From Vulcanimicrobiota bacterium (GTDB lineage Bacteria > Vulcanimicrobiota > Vulcanimicrobiia > Vulcanimicrobiales > Vulcanimicrobiaceae), in the NCBI GenBank assembly GCA_003133025.1, contig PKZK01000076.1, positions 1-13,968 of the forward strand: a DNA stretch of 13,968 bases, read 5' to 3'. The translations under genes and the position numbers were made by a program. Positions 1 through 6,933 of this stretch are shown here, in pieces. The notes beneath the pieces were generated by a model. That model was given only the letters and a program-made list of their open reading frames with translations, had not been told where the DNA came from and made no database searches. How positions within the stretch are numbered: the stretch's first letter is position 1; each line of letters starts with the position of its first letter.

Positions 1-905
1 ACTTGCAAGGCGAGCCGCGTCGTCGGCTTGAGGCCGCCCGTATCGGGCGGCACGTTGGAGATTTGCGAGATCAGGCCGTCGGTCAGGCCCGTCTTGGGTG
101 CGCGCGAAGCGGCGTTGATGCGCGGCTCGAGCGCCATGCACGTCGCCGCATCGGCATTGTGCCGCTCCACGGCGAGTTCGGCGGCGAGCAGGCTCACGCG
201 TAACGCGCGCCGTTCCTCGTCGGGAATCGCGAGCGCTTTTCCGGCCAACAACTCGTCGACGTTGACGGCGGTCAGATTGAGCCACGTCTGGTGATGCAGC
301 AGGCTGCGATCGTGCGCGCTATCCACGAGCCGCGCGCGGGCGCAGAAGGCCGCAAACGCGACGCGCAGCGTCCAGCCCGCATCGTCGGTGACGATCGCGA
401 AGCGCACGATGTAGGCCACGATCGCGCTCAGCGCGATCGCCGCATACGAGGTGGGCAACATCTCCGGGGTGATCTTGACGAACAGGCTGAAGAGCGAAGC
501 GAAGAGCGCGACGTTGCCCCAACCCATGCCGCGTGGCCCGAACCGCCGGGCCCAGACGGCCGCGAAGCCCACCGCGATGAACCCCGCGTCGCCCGCGATG
601 TCGCTCCAGGCCTGGAGAAACGTCAGCAGCGTCACCGTTATCATCGCGGCCACGGGCGCGAGTAGCGTATCGACTTTGCGGCCGCCCGTGTTGGGGTTTT
701 GGATCGAGAGCGAGTTCCACATGCCGATCAGCGCGCCGAGCACGCAGACCTGTGGTGCGATCGTGCCGTCGCGATAGAAGAGCTCGAGGATGCCGCCGGT
801 GAGCGCGAGCGAGAGCGTCGCGCGGGCGGCCAGGCGGAAGCGCGCGAGCGGCGGGTCCGACGCCAGCAGCAGGTCGAGCCACCTGCCCACGAGGCTGTAG
901 AGCAC
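1..905 (-). CDS. FUSC-family (fusaric acid resistance / aromatic acid exporter-like) membrane protein, 3' end outside window
   Basis: Absent from the ORF track because there is no stop in the window. Hand translation from GTG at 905 stays open to the edge: MLYSLVGRWLDLLLASDPPLARFRLAARATLSLALTGG...AVWARRFGPRGMGWG...GLKPTTRLALQ. ASDP..RxRxAxRA, RRFGPRG and PTTRxAxQ are typical of FUSC-like proteins. The SD AGGAG (916-912) overlaps the upstream TAG stop. Confidence 0.8.
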   Translation of the reverse strand, partial: MLYSLVGRWLDLLLASDPPLARFRLAARATLSLALTGGILELFYRDGTIAPQVCVLGALIGMWNSLSIQNPNTGGRKVDTLLAPVAAMITVTLLTFLQAWSDIAGDAGFIAVGFAAVWARRFGPRGMGWGNVALFASLFSLFVKITPEMLPTSYAAIALSAIVAYIVRFAIVTDDAGWTLRVAFAAFCARARLVDSAHDRSLLHHQTWLNLTAVNVDELLAGKALAIPDEERRALRVSLLAAELAVERHNADAATCMALEPRINAASRAPKTGLTDGLISQISNVPPDTGGLKPTTRLALQ

Positions 906-914
906 CCTAGGCTC

Positions 915-2399
915 CTAGTCGCCCAGCGTTTCGCGCAGCGTACGGTAGTGCGTGTTGCCCGGCGTCACGCAGGCCCCGATGCGGGCTCCGGGGTTCGGCG
1001 TCCTGCGATACACGGTCACTTCGCCGAAGGTGCCGATCACGGCGGCCCGGCCCGTCGCCACCTCGCGCGCCAGCGCGGGCTTGATCTCGCTCTGAAAGTA
1101 GCCGTTGGGGAAGTCGTCGGCGTAGACGACGTAATCGACGTAGGGACAGAAGAACACGGTCGCGGCGGGATACTGCAAGGCGACGTGCGTGAACCACTCG
1201 TCGTGGGTCAAGAGCCGCGCGCCGGGCGGCACGAGCGCCAGCGCCTTGCGCGCGTCCGCCGTCGGATAGATGGCCTTGAGATAGTGTCCCGCGTGCGTGG
1301 GATTGAGCGCGATCAGAAAGACGACGCAGAGCGCGAGCGCGACGGTCGTCCAGCGCTCCGCGCGCGCGGGCCTCGTTGCGCCGATGCGCACGAGGGCGGC
1401 GAGCGTTGCGACCAATAGCCATGGAATCCACAGCGCCGCGTAGTGCGAGCCCATGCGCCAGGCGACGCCGTCGCTCGAGAGCAGCACTATGGCCGCGCCG
1501 GGAAGCGCGAGCACGCCCCACCACGAGAAGAGCGGCAAGAACGCGAGCGGCACGAGCGCTTCGAGCACGTACGTCGAGCGGCCCAGCGTCAGGAACTGCG
1601 TCACGTACGCGGGGTGGCTCAGCAGCGCCACGACCACCGCCACCGGTCCCTGTGCGAACGAATAGTCGTAGAAGCGCGAGGGCTCCCACGAACCCACGTG
1701 CGGGATGACGAAGCCGTAATAGAACCCGAGCGCGAGCGCGTTGACCGCGGCGAGGCCGAGGCCCGCAACGGCGAGCCGCCCCGGCTCGCGCGGCGTGCCG
1801 GTCAGCAGGCCGTCGCGCTCGGACGCGGGGCGTGCATGCCGCCGCAGCCACGCGAATGCTGCGAGGCCGAGGCCCACGAGCGTCAGTACGATGCAGGCGT
1901 CTTCGCGCACGAGGGCCGAGGCGAGCGCGGCGAGTCCGAACCACGTCCAGCGCGTCTGGTCGGCGGCCCAGATCAGCGCGAGCGCGAGGACCGGGTAGAA
2001 CGCGACCTCGTGAAATTCGGTGAAGCCCACCGCCAGCAGCGGCGGATAGAGCAGGGCCACGCACGCGACGCGTACCGCGTCGCGCTCGGTCAGATACCGT
2101 CGCGCCAGCGCGTAGAGCGGAAAGGCGCTCGCGCCGATGAGCGCCGTCTGCGCGAACTGCAGCACGAGCGGCGTGCGGAAGAGCGCGACCAGGGGCCAGA
2201 GCAACGCCACGATCGGCGCCCAGTGAAAGCGAAAGTGCGTGCCTTGTTCGGGTCCGTCGCGAAAGCCGCCGAACGCGTCGGCCACGACTTGCGCGAAGGT
2301 GCCGGTATCGGTGCCGTACGTCCAGAGGTGCCACCGGTACGCCGCCGCCGCGCCGAGCACGGCCACGTAGACGGCATACCAGAGGGCGACGCGTCTCAG
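915..2399 (-). CDS. DUF2079-type multi-pass membrane protein (predicted GT-C-like glycosyltransferase); start uncertain (CTG 2399 or GTG 2366)
   Basis: C-terminal ~494 aa of ORF 915..2669. Motifs DTGTFAQ, HFRFHWAPI, FHEVAF, REDA, GSHYAALWIP and many hydrophobic segments. The ORF part upstream of 2399 is only an alternative frame of the MFS gene. Confidence 0.75.
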   Translation of the reverse strand: MRRVALWYAVYVAVLGAAAAYRWHLWTYGTDTGTFAQVVADAFGGFRDGPEQGTHFRFHWAPIVALLWPLVALFRTPLVLQFAQTALIGASAFPLYALARRYLTERDAVRVACVALLYPPLLAVGFTEFHEVAFYPVLALALIWAADQTRWTWFGLAALASALVREDACIVLTLVGLGLAAFAWLRRHARPASERDGLLTGTPREPGRLAVAGLGLAAVNALALGFYYGFVIPHVGSWEPSRFYDYSFAQGPVAVVVALLSHPAYVTQFLTLGRSTYVLEALVPLAFLPLFSWWGVLALPGAAIVLLSSDGVAWRMGSHYAALWIPWLLVATLAALVRIGATRPARAERWTTVALALCVVFLIALNPTHAGHYLKAIYPTADARKALALVPPGARLLTHDEWFTHVALQYPAATVFFCPYVDYVVYADDFPNGYFQSEIKPALAREVATGRAAVIGTFGEVTVYRRTPNPGARIGACVTPGNTHYRTLRETLGD

Positions 2400-3757
2400 G
2401 TTGTGGCGGGAACGGTCTGTTGCGTCTGGCCGCTCGGCTTCTTCGTCAAGAACGGAAGAATCGCGGCGACGATCAGCATCGCGGCCACGTACGGGAGGGC
2501 GGCGGTAAACGAACCGGTCACGTCCTTCACCTTCGCCGCAACGAGCGGTCCCACCAGCCCGCCGAAGCCCCAGGCCGTGATGATCATGCCGTAGTTCACG
2601 CCGAGATACTTCGTGCCGAAGTAGTCGGCGTTGAATGAGGGCATCGTGCCGAAGCCGCCGCCGTAACACAGCAACACCAGTGCGAAGCAGGCGCTGACCG
2701 CACCGACATCGTGCAGGCCGCCGAGGATGAAGAACACCACCACCTGGATGCCGAAGATCAAGACGTACGCGAGATTGCGTCCGATCCGGTCGGAAACGGC
2801 ACCCCAGAAGAAGCGCCCGAGTCCGTTGAAGATCGCGAGCAACCCGTACGTTTGACCCGCGACCGCGGCCGTGGAGCCGGTGAGGTCGCTGAAGATCGGC
2901 ACCGCGTTGCTGACCACGAGAATGCCGGCGGTCACGTTGAGGAAGAGCATCAACCAGAGCAGATAGAACTGCGGCGTGCGCAACACCTCACCGGGCGTAT
3001 AGCTTCGTCCGGCTGCCGAGGCTGCGGCTACCGCGCCGGGCACGGTGTAGCCCGCCGGCGGGTTGGAAAGCAGCGACGCGCAGAGCCCGCCCAGCACGAT
3101 GAACACGATGCCGGACACGACGAAGACCGCCGCGATTGCGGCGGAGTCGGCCGGCACGACCTGTAACGCGGCGGGAATCTGCGACGGATCGAAGGCGGTG
3201 CCGGCCTTCTTCGCCGCGTCGGAGGCGGCAACGTACGCGCCCGCGTGTTTGGCGGCTGCGGCGAACGAGCCGATGCGGCTGACGATCTGGTTGTAGAAGA
3301 ACGCGCCCAGACCAAAGCCCATGACCACGATGCCGCTGCCCAAACCGCGCTTATCGGGAAACCACTTGGTCACGGTTGCGACGGGCGTGATGTACGCCAT
3401 GCCGTTGCCCAAGCCGCCGATGATGCCGTACGCGAAATAGAGCCAGGGTGCGCCGAGCGTGCCCACGCCCAAGCCCGCGAGCAGATTTCCCAGTCCCCAT
3501 AACACGACGCCGACGGTCGTCACCGTACGCGGGCCGACCTTATCTTGCCAACGGCCGCCGATGACGGCCCCGATGCCCAGCGTGAAGATCGCGAGCGCGA
3601 ACGCCCAAGTCGTTTCGGTATTGGTCCAATGGTAGCTGGCGATCAGCGGACGCGTGAAGATGCTCCACGAGTACACGGTGCCGAGGCAGACCATCACGAT
3701 CGTGCCGGCCAGGCAGACTAGCCAACGGTTAGGGGTGGTGCTCGCACTTCGCGCCAT
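2396..3757 (-). CDS. MFS transporter, OFA family (YhjX / monocarboxylate-type)
   Basis: 453 aa with about 12 TM segments. Motifs CLGTVYSWSIF, GGRWQDKVGPR, KWFPDKRGLGSG, FNGLGRFFWGAVSDRIGR, YGGGFGTMPSF, NYGMIITAWG. SD-like GAGAGGGA 4 nt before the ATG. Confidence 0.92.
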   Translation of the reverse strand: MARSASTTPNRWLVCLAGTIVMVCLGTVYSWSIFTRPLIASYHWTNTETTWAFALAIFTLGIGAVIGGRWQDKVGPRTVTTVGVVLWGLGNLLAGLGVGTLGAPWLYFAYGIIGGLGNGMAYITPVATVTKWFPDKRGLGSGIVVMGFGLGAFFYNQIVSRIGSFAAAAKHAGAYVAASDAAKKAGTAFDPSQIPAALQVVPADSAAIAAVFVVSGIVFIVLGGLCASLLSNPPAGYTVPGAVAAASAAGRSYTPGEVLRTPQFYLLWLMLFLNVTAGILVVSNAVPIFSDLTGSTAAVAGQTYGLLAIFNGLGRFFWGAVSDRIGRNLAYVLIFGIQVVVFFILGGLHDVGAVSACFALVLLCYGGGFGTMPSFNADYFGTKYLGVNYGMIITAWGFGGLVGPLVAAKVKDVTGSFTAALPYVAAMLIVAAILPFLTKKPSGQTQQTVPATT

Positions 3758-3806
3758 AATGTCCCTCTCGCGTCGTTCCCGTCGTTCTTAAGGTGGAGGG
3801 CTTCCG

Positions 3807-3831
3807 TTGGGGCGCTTCCGGCAAAATCCTG
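3807..3831 (-). promoter_or_regulatory. Putative promoter of the MFS operon (CAGG-N17-CCAA, sigmaH-like -35 GCAGGATTT)
   Basis: Minus strand reads GCAGGATTTTGCCGGAAGCGCCCCAAC, ending about 50 nt above the ATG. The same spacing recurs at other operon starts in this window. Confidence 0.4.
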
Positions 3832-3884
3832 CCGCTCGGCTCGCGGCGCGCAATAGTGATAACTGACAAAAGCACCTATATGCC

Positions 3885-3903
3885 GGCTCGCATCGCACGA
3901 GCC
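3885..3903 (-). terminator. Possible hairpin terminator/pause after crcB
   Basis: GGCTCG-N7-CGAGCC inverted repeat 13 nt downstream of the crcB stop. There is no immediate U-tract, so support is weak. Confidence 0.3.
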
Positions 3904-3916
3904 TTCACACGGGGCT

Positions 3917-4309
3917 TCAGTGGTTCAAACTTCTCACGAGTGCGATGCCGCCGATCGCTCCGCCGATGCCCAGCACCACGCTGCCTACCACGTAGAGCGC
4001 GGCGCTCGCATAGAGTCCGTCGGCTGCGAGCACGAACGCCTCATACGAGAACGTCGAGAACGTGGTATAGCCGCCGAGAATGCCCGTTGCGAGAAAGAAG
4101 CGCCACAGCGGCGGAAAGCCCACCCGCGTCTGCGCGAGTTCGACGACGATGCCGATCAGGAACGAACCGCTAACGTTGATGAACATCGTCGCGTATTGCC
4201 CAAAGCCCGCGCCGAAACGTGCGACGACGAATTGGGTTACGAGCAGGCGCAGTATGCCCCCGATCGCGGCGCCGCCGCCGACGGCGAGAAGCACGCGGGC
4301 GTCGATCAC
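3917..4309 (-). CDS. crcB: Fluoride efflux channel CrcB/FluC
   Basis: 130 aa from GTG at 4309: GGGAAIGGILR, TMFINVSGSFLIG, TGILGGYTTFSTF. These are the Fluc signature motifs (conserved Arg, Asn and TTFSTF Phe pair) over 4 TM segments. The longer ORF-track start (4456) adds non-homologous sequence. Confidence 0.95.
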   Translation of the reverse strand: MIDARVLLAVGGGAAIGGILRLLVTQFVVARFGAGFGQYATMFINVSGSFLIGIVVELAQTRVGFPPLWRFFLATGILGGYTTFSTFSYEAFVLAADGLYASAALYVVGSVVLGIGGAIGGIALVRSLNH

Positions 4310-4429
4310 TGCTCGAGCGCACCCGCTCCGCGAGTCAGGGTGGGCATGAACGCCTCGATCTTCTGCGTCTCGTCGACCGGCCCTCGGGCAGGCCGGGCCA
4401 GGCGCTCGTCGCGTCATCTCCCACCTCTG
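4310..4429 (-). promoter_or_regulatory. Structured 5' leader of crcB, candidate riboswitch (does not fit the canonical fluoride riboswitch pairings)
   Basis: Minus strand: GGTGGGAGATGACGC...GCGTTCATGCCCACC forms a long stem with an internal CCGGCC/GGCCGG hairpin. A competing CACCC/GGGTG hairpin covers the SD-like region. Confidence 0.5.
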
Positions 4430-4430
4430 C

Positions 4431-4460
4431 AAGGTTGTGGCGCGCCCGGCTGCCAACCTT
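4431..4460. promoter_or_regulatory. Overlapping divergent promoters / inverted repeat AAGGTTG-N16-CAACCTT between crcB and the SBP gene
   Basis: Perfect 7-bp inverted repeat (4431-4437 / 4454-4460). It reads AAGG-N18-CCAA on + and AAGG-N18-ACAA on -. Confidence 0.45.
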
Positions 4461-4467
4461 TCGGCGC

Positions 4468-6000
4468 ATGCTCGAGCGCCCGTCTACGCCGCTTGCCGTT
4501 CGGTTATTGGTCGCGGCCCTCTGCGGCGGCGCCTTGGCCGGCAGCGCGCTCCCTGCCCAGGCCGACTCCACCGTCACGATCTCTCAGGGCGTCGATCCGG
4601 TCACGATGGATCCGCTCAAACGCACGATCACGCCGACGCAAAACGCGAGCATGAACATGTTCGACACGCTCTTGCGTCACGACCGCGAGGGCAAGATCGT
4701 GCCCTGGCTCGCGACCTCGTGGAAGCACGTCGCGCCGACGGTGTGGGAATTCAAGCTGCGCAAGGGCGTCACGTTTTGGAACGGCGATCCGCTGACCAGC
4801 GCCGACGTCAAGTTCACGGTCGAGAAAATCAAGGATCCCGCCGAGGGCTCCGAACAAGGTCCGCGCGTCAACACGATCGCGCGCGTCGAGACGCCCGATG
4901 CATACACCGTACGCTACGTGACGTTCAAGCCGACCGCGATCGTCCCGGGCTATCCGTGGACGACCTCGATCGTCGACGCCAAGTATTGGAAGGAGCACGG
5001 GAACGAGTATCAGGCCGAGCATCCGATGGGCAGCGGAGCGTACGTCTTTCAGTCGTGGCGCAAGGACGAGGAACTCGACCTCAACGCCAATCCGAAGTGG
5101 TGGCACGGAAAGCCGCCGATCGATCACGCGATCTTCAAGCCGATTCCCGAGGCGGCCTCGCGCGTGGCCGCGCTACGCACGGGTGAAACCGACTTGATCA
5201 CCAACGTTCCGCCGCAGTACGAGGCTCAGATCTCCGGTGGACGCAACACCAAGATCGAGAGCGCGAGGAGCGACCGCGTCCTCTTCATCGCCTTCAACAC
5301 GACCAAACCCGGGCCGCAACAGAACAAACTGCTGCGCCGGGCGTTCAACTACGCCGTCGACGTGCCCGCCCTGATTCGCACGGTGCTCGGCGGTCACGGG
5401 TATCCGGCCTCCACGCCCGTGCCGCCGAACTTCACGGGCTTCAGCGCGAAGATTCCGTTCTATCATCACGATCTCGCCAAGGCCAAGCAGTTGCTGGCAA
5501 AGGCCGGCTATCCCGACGGCAAGGGCCTCGAACTCGTGCTCAACGCGCCGGTGGGGCGCTACAATCGCGATAAGGAACTGGCCGAGGCGATTGCCGGACA
5601 ACTCTCCGAGACCGGAGCGAAGGTCACGACCAAGATTCAGGAGTGGACGACGTACGTCAATCAGACGAGCCAACGCGCGCTGACGCCGCTCTACATGCTC
5701 GGCTGGGGCGACAACAGTTACGATGCCGACAACACCCTGACCAGCCTCTTCGAGAGCAACGCGCGCATCTCGACGTACGCTAATCCCGCCTACGATACGT
5801 TGGTCGACGCGGCGCGCTACGAAGTGGATTCCGGAAAGCGGCAAGCGCTGTACGACAAAGCGCTGGCCATCCTCCACGACGACGCGCCGTGGATCTTCCT
5901 CTTTCAGTACGACGACCTCTACGGCACCTCGAAACGGCTGCAGTGGCGCGCGCGCGCCGACGAGAGTTTGGCCGTCGACGAGATGTCGCTCTCGAACTGA
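4468..6000 (+). CDS. ABC transporter substrate-binding protein, family 5 (peptide/nickel/glutathione type)
   Basis: ATG at 4468 gives a signal peptide (RLLVAALCGGALAGSALPAQA|D). Motifs LATSW, WEFKLRKGVTFWNGDPLTSADVKFT, PMGSGAY, RVAALRTGETD, LRRAFNYAVD. 510 aa. Confidence 0.93.
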   Translation: MLERPSTPLAVRLLVAALCGGALAGSALPAQADSTVTISQGVDPVTMDPLKRTITPTQNASMNMFDTLLRHDREGKIVPWLATSWKHVAPTVWEFKLRKGVTFWNGDPLTSADVKFTVEKIKDPAEGSEQGPRVNTIARVETPDAYTVRYVTFKPTAIVPGYPWTTSIVDAKYWKEHGNEYQAEHPMGSGAYVFQSWRKDEELDLNANPKWWHGKPPIDHAIFKPIPEAASRVAALRTGETDLITNVPPQYEAQISGGRNTKIESARSDRVLFIAFNTTKPGPQQNKLLRRAFNYAVDVPALIRTVLGGHGYPASTPVPPNFTGFSAKIPFYHHDLAKAKQLLAKAGYPDGKGLELVLNAPVGRYNRDKELAEAIAGQLSETGAKVTTKIQEWTTYVNQTSQRALTPLYMLGWGDNSYDADNTLTSLFESNARISTYANPAYDTLVDAARYEVDSGKRQALYDKALAILHDDAPWIFLFQYDDLYGTSKRLQWRARADESLAVDEMSLSN

Positions 6001-6015
6001 TCCGCGCGCGGTAGC

Positions 6016-6933
6016 ATGACGGCGTTCTTGATTCGGCGCATCGCCGGCGCGTTCGGCGTCGTCGCCGGCGTTGCGGTCGTCGTCTTCATCATCTTGCACC
6101 TGACGGGCGATCCGGCTGCGGCGATGATGCCGCTGGAATCGACGCAGGCCGAGATCGCCGCCTTCCGCCACGCGCAGGGCTTCGACCGGCCGCTCTGGGT
6201 GCAGTTCGCGAGCTTCGCCTGGAATTTGCTCCACGGCAACTTCGGACTCTCGCTGCGCCACGGCGAACCGGCGCTCGGGCTCGCGCTCGAACGCGTGCCC
6301 GCCTCGGCCGAACTGGCCGTAACGGCGCTCGTGCTGGCCGTCGTCGTGGCCGTGCCCGCCGGAACGGTGGCCGCGGTAAAGCGCAATAGCGCGCTCGACG
6401 TGGCCGCGCGACTCTTGGCGCTCGTGGGCCAGAGCACGCCCGTCTACTGGCTGGGCATCATGCTGATCTTGATCTTCGGCGTGCAACTGGGCTGGTTTCC
6501 GGTCAGCGGTACCGGCGGCTGGCAGCATCTCGTCTTGCCCGCGATTACGCTCGCCATGTTCACCATGGCGCGGATCATGCGGCTGACGCGCGGCTCGATG
6601 CTCGACGTGCTGCAGAGCGATTACCTACGCACCGCAGTGGCCAAAGGCGTCGGTTCGTTCCGCTTGATCTGGCATCACGCCTTGCGCAACGCGTGGCTGC
6701 CGATCGTCACCGCAATCGGCATCGAGCTCGGCACGCTGCTCTCGCAGGCGATCATCACCGAGACGATTTTCTCGTGGCCGGGCATCGGGCGGCTGGCCTA
6801 TCAGGCCATCCTCGATCGCGACTATCCGGTGGTGGAAGCAGTCGTCATCCTGGGCGCGGTGTCGTTCGTGGTCATCAACCTGGTGGTGGACCTGGCCTAC
6901 GCCGCGCTCGATCCGCGGATTCGCTACGAATGA
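6016..6933 (+). CDS. ABC transporter permease, DppB/OppB/NikB-like
   Basis: 305 aa. GDPA, GFDRPLWVQF, LLHGNFGLS, HLVLPAITL, EAA-loop DYLRTAVAKG, HALRNA, TETIFSWPGIG, C-terminal LDPRIRY. Confidence 0.95.
   Translation: MTAFLIRRIAGAFGVVAGVAVVVFIILHLTGDPAAAMMPLESTQAEIAAFRHAQGFDRPLWVQFASFAWNLLHGNFGLSLRHGEPALGLALERVPASAELAVTALVLAVVVAVPAGTVAAVKRNSALDVAARLLALVGQSTPVYWLGIMLILIFGVQLGWFPVSGTGGWQHLVLPAITLAMFTMARIMRLTRGSMLDVLQSDYLRTAVAKGVGSFRLIWHHALRNAWLPIVTAIGIELGTLLSQAIITETIFSWPGIGRLAYQAILDRDYPVVEAVVILGAVSFVVINLVVDLAYAALDPRIRYE

Noticed and set aside
906..918. Double CCTAG motif here and at 13094-13105
   Set aside because: Too short. At 906-918 it is explained by the TAG stop plus SD, so it is probably coincidental.
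907..2334. 475-aa minus ORF and other long overlapping ORFs (e.g. 5173..6528, 1443..2594, 9149..10324, 12111..13232)
   Set aside because: They are alternative or antisense frames of well-supported genes, with shadow-ORF composition.
2396..3757. oxlT assignment and an oxamate/oxalate pathway with the HpxW-like enzyme
   Set aside because: Trp appears where OxlT has its essential Lys, no oxc/frc or hpx genes are in the window, and the two genes are in separate transcription units over 6 kb apart.
3819..3834. Sigma54 promoter-like CGGCAGGATTTTGC
   Set aside because: GG to GC spacing is 9 nt rather than the strict 10 nt.
4371..4422. Canonical fluoride riboswitch call
   Set aside because: The GGAGATG and GTCGACG landmarks are present, but I could not find the P1 or pseudoknot complements. 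Reported only as a candidate variant.
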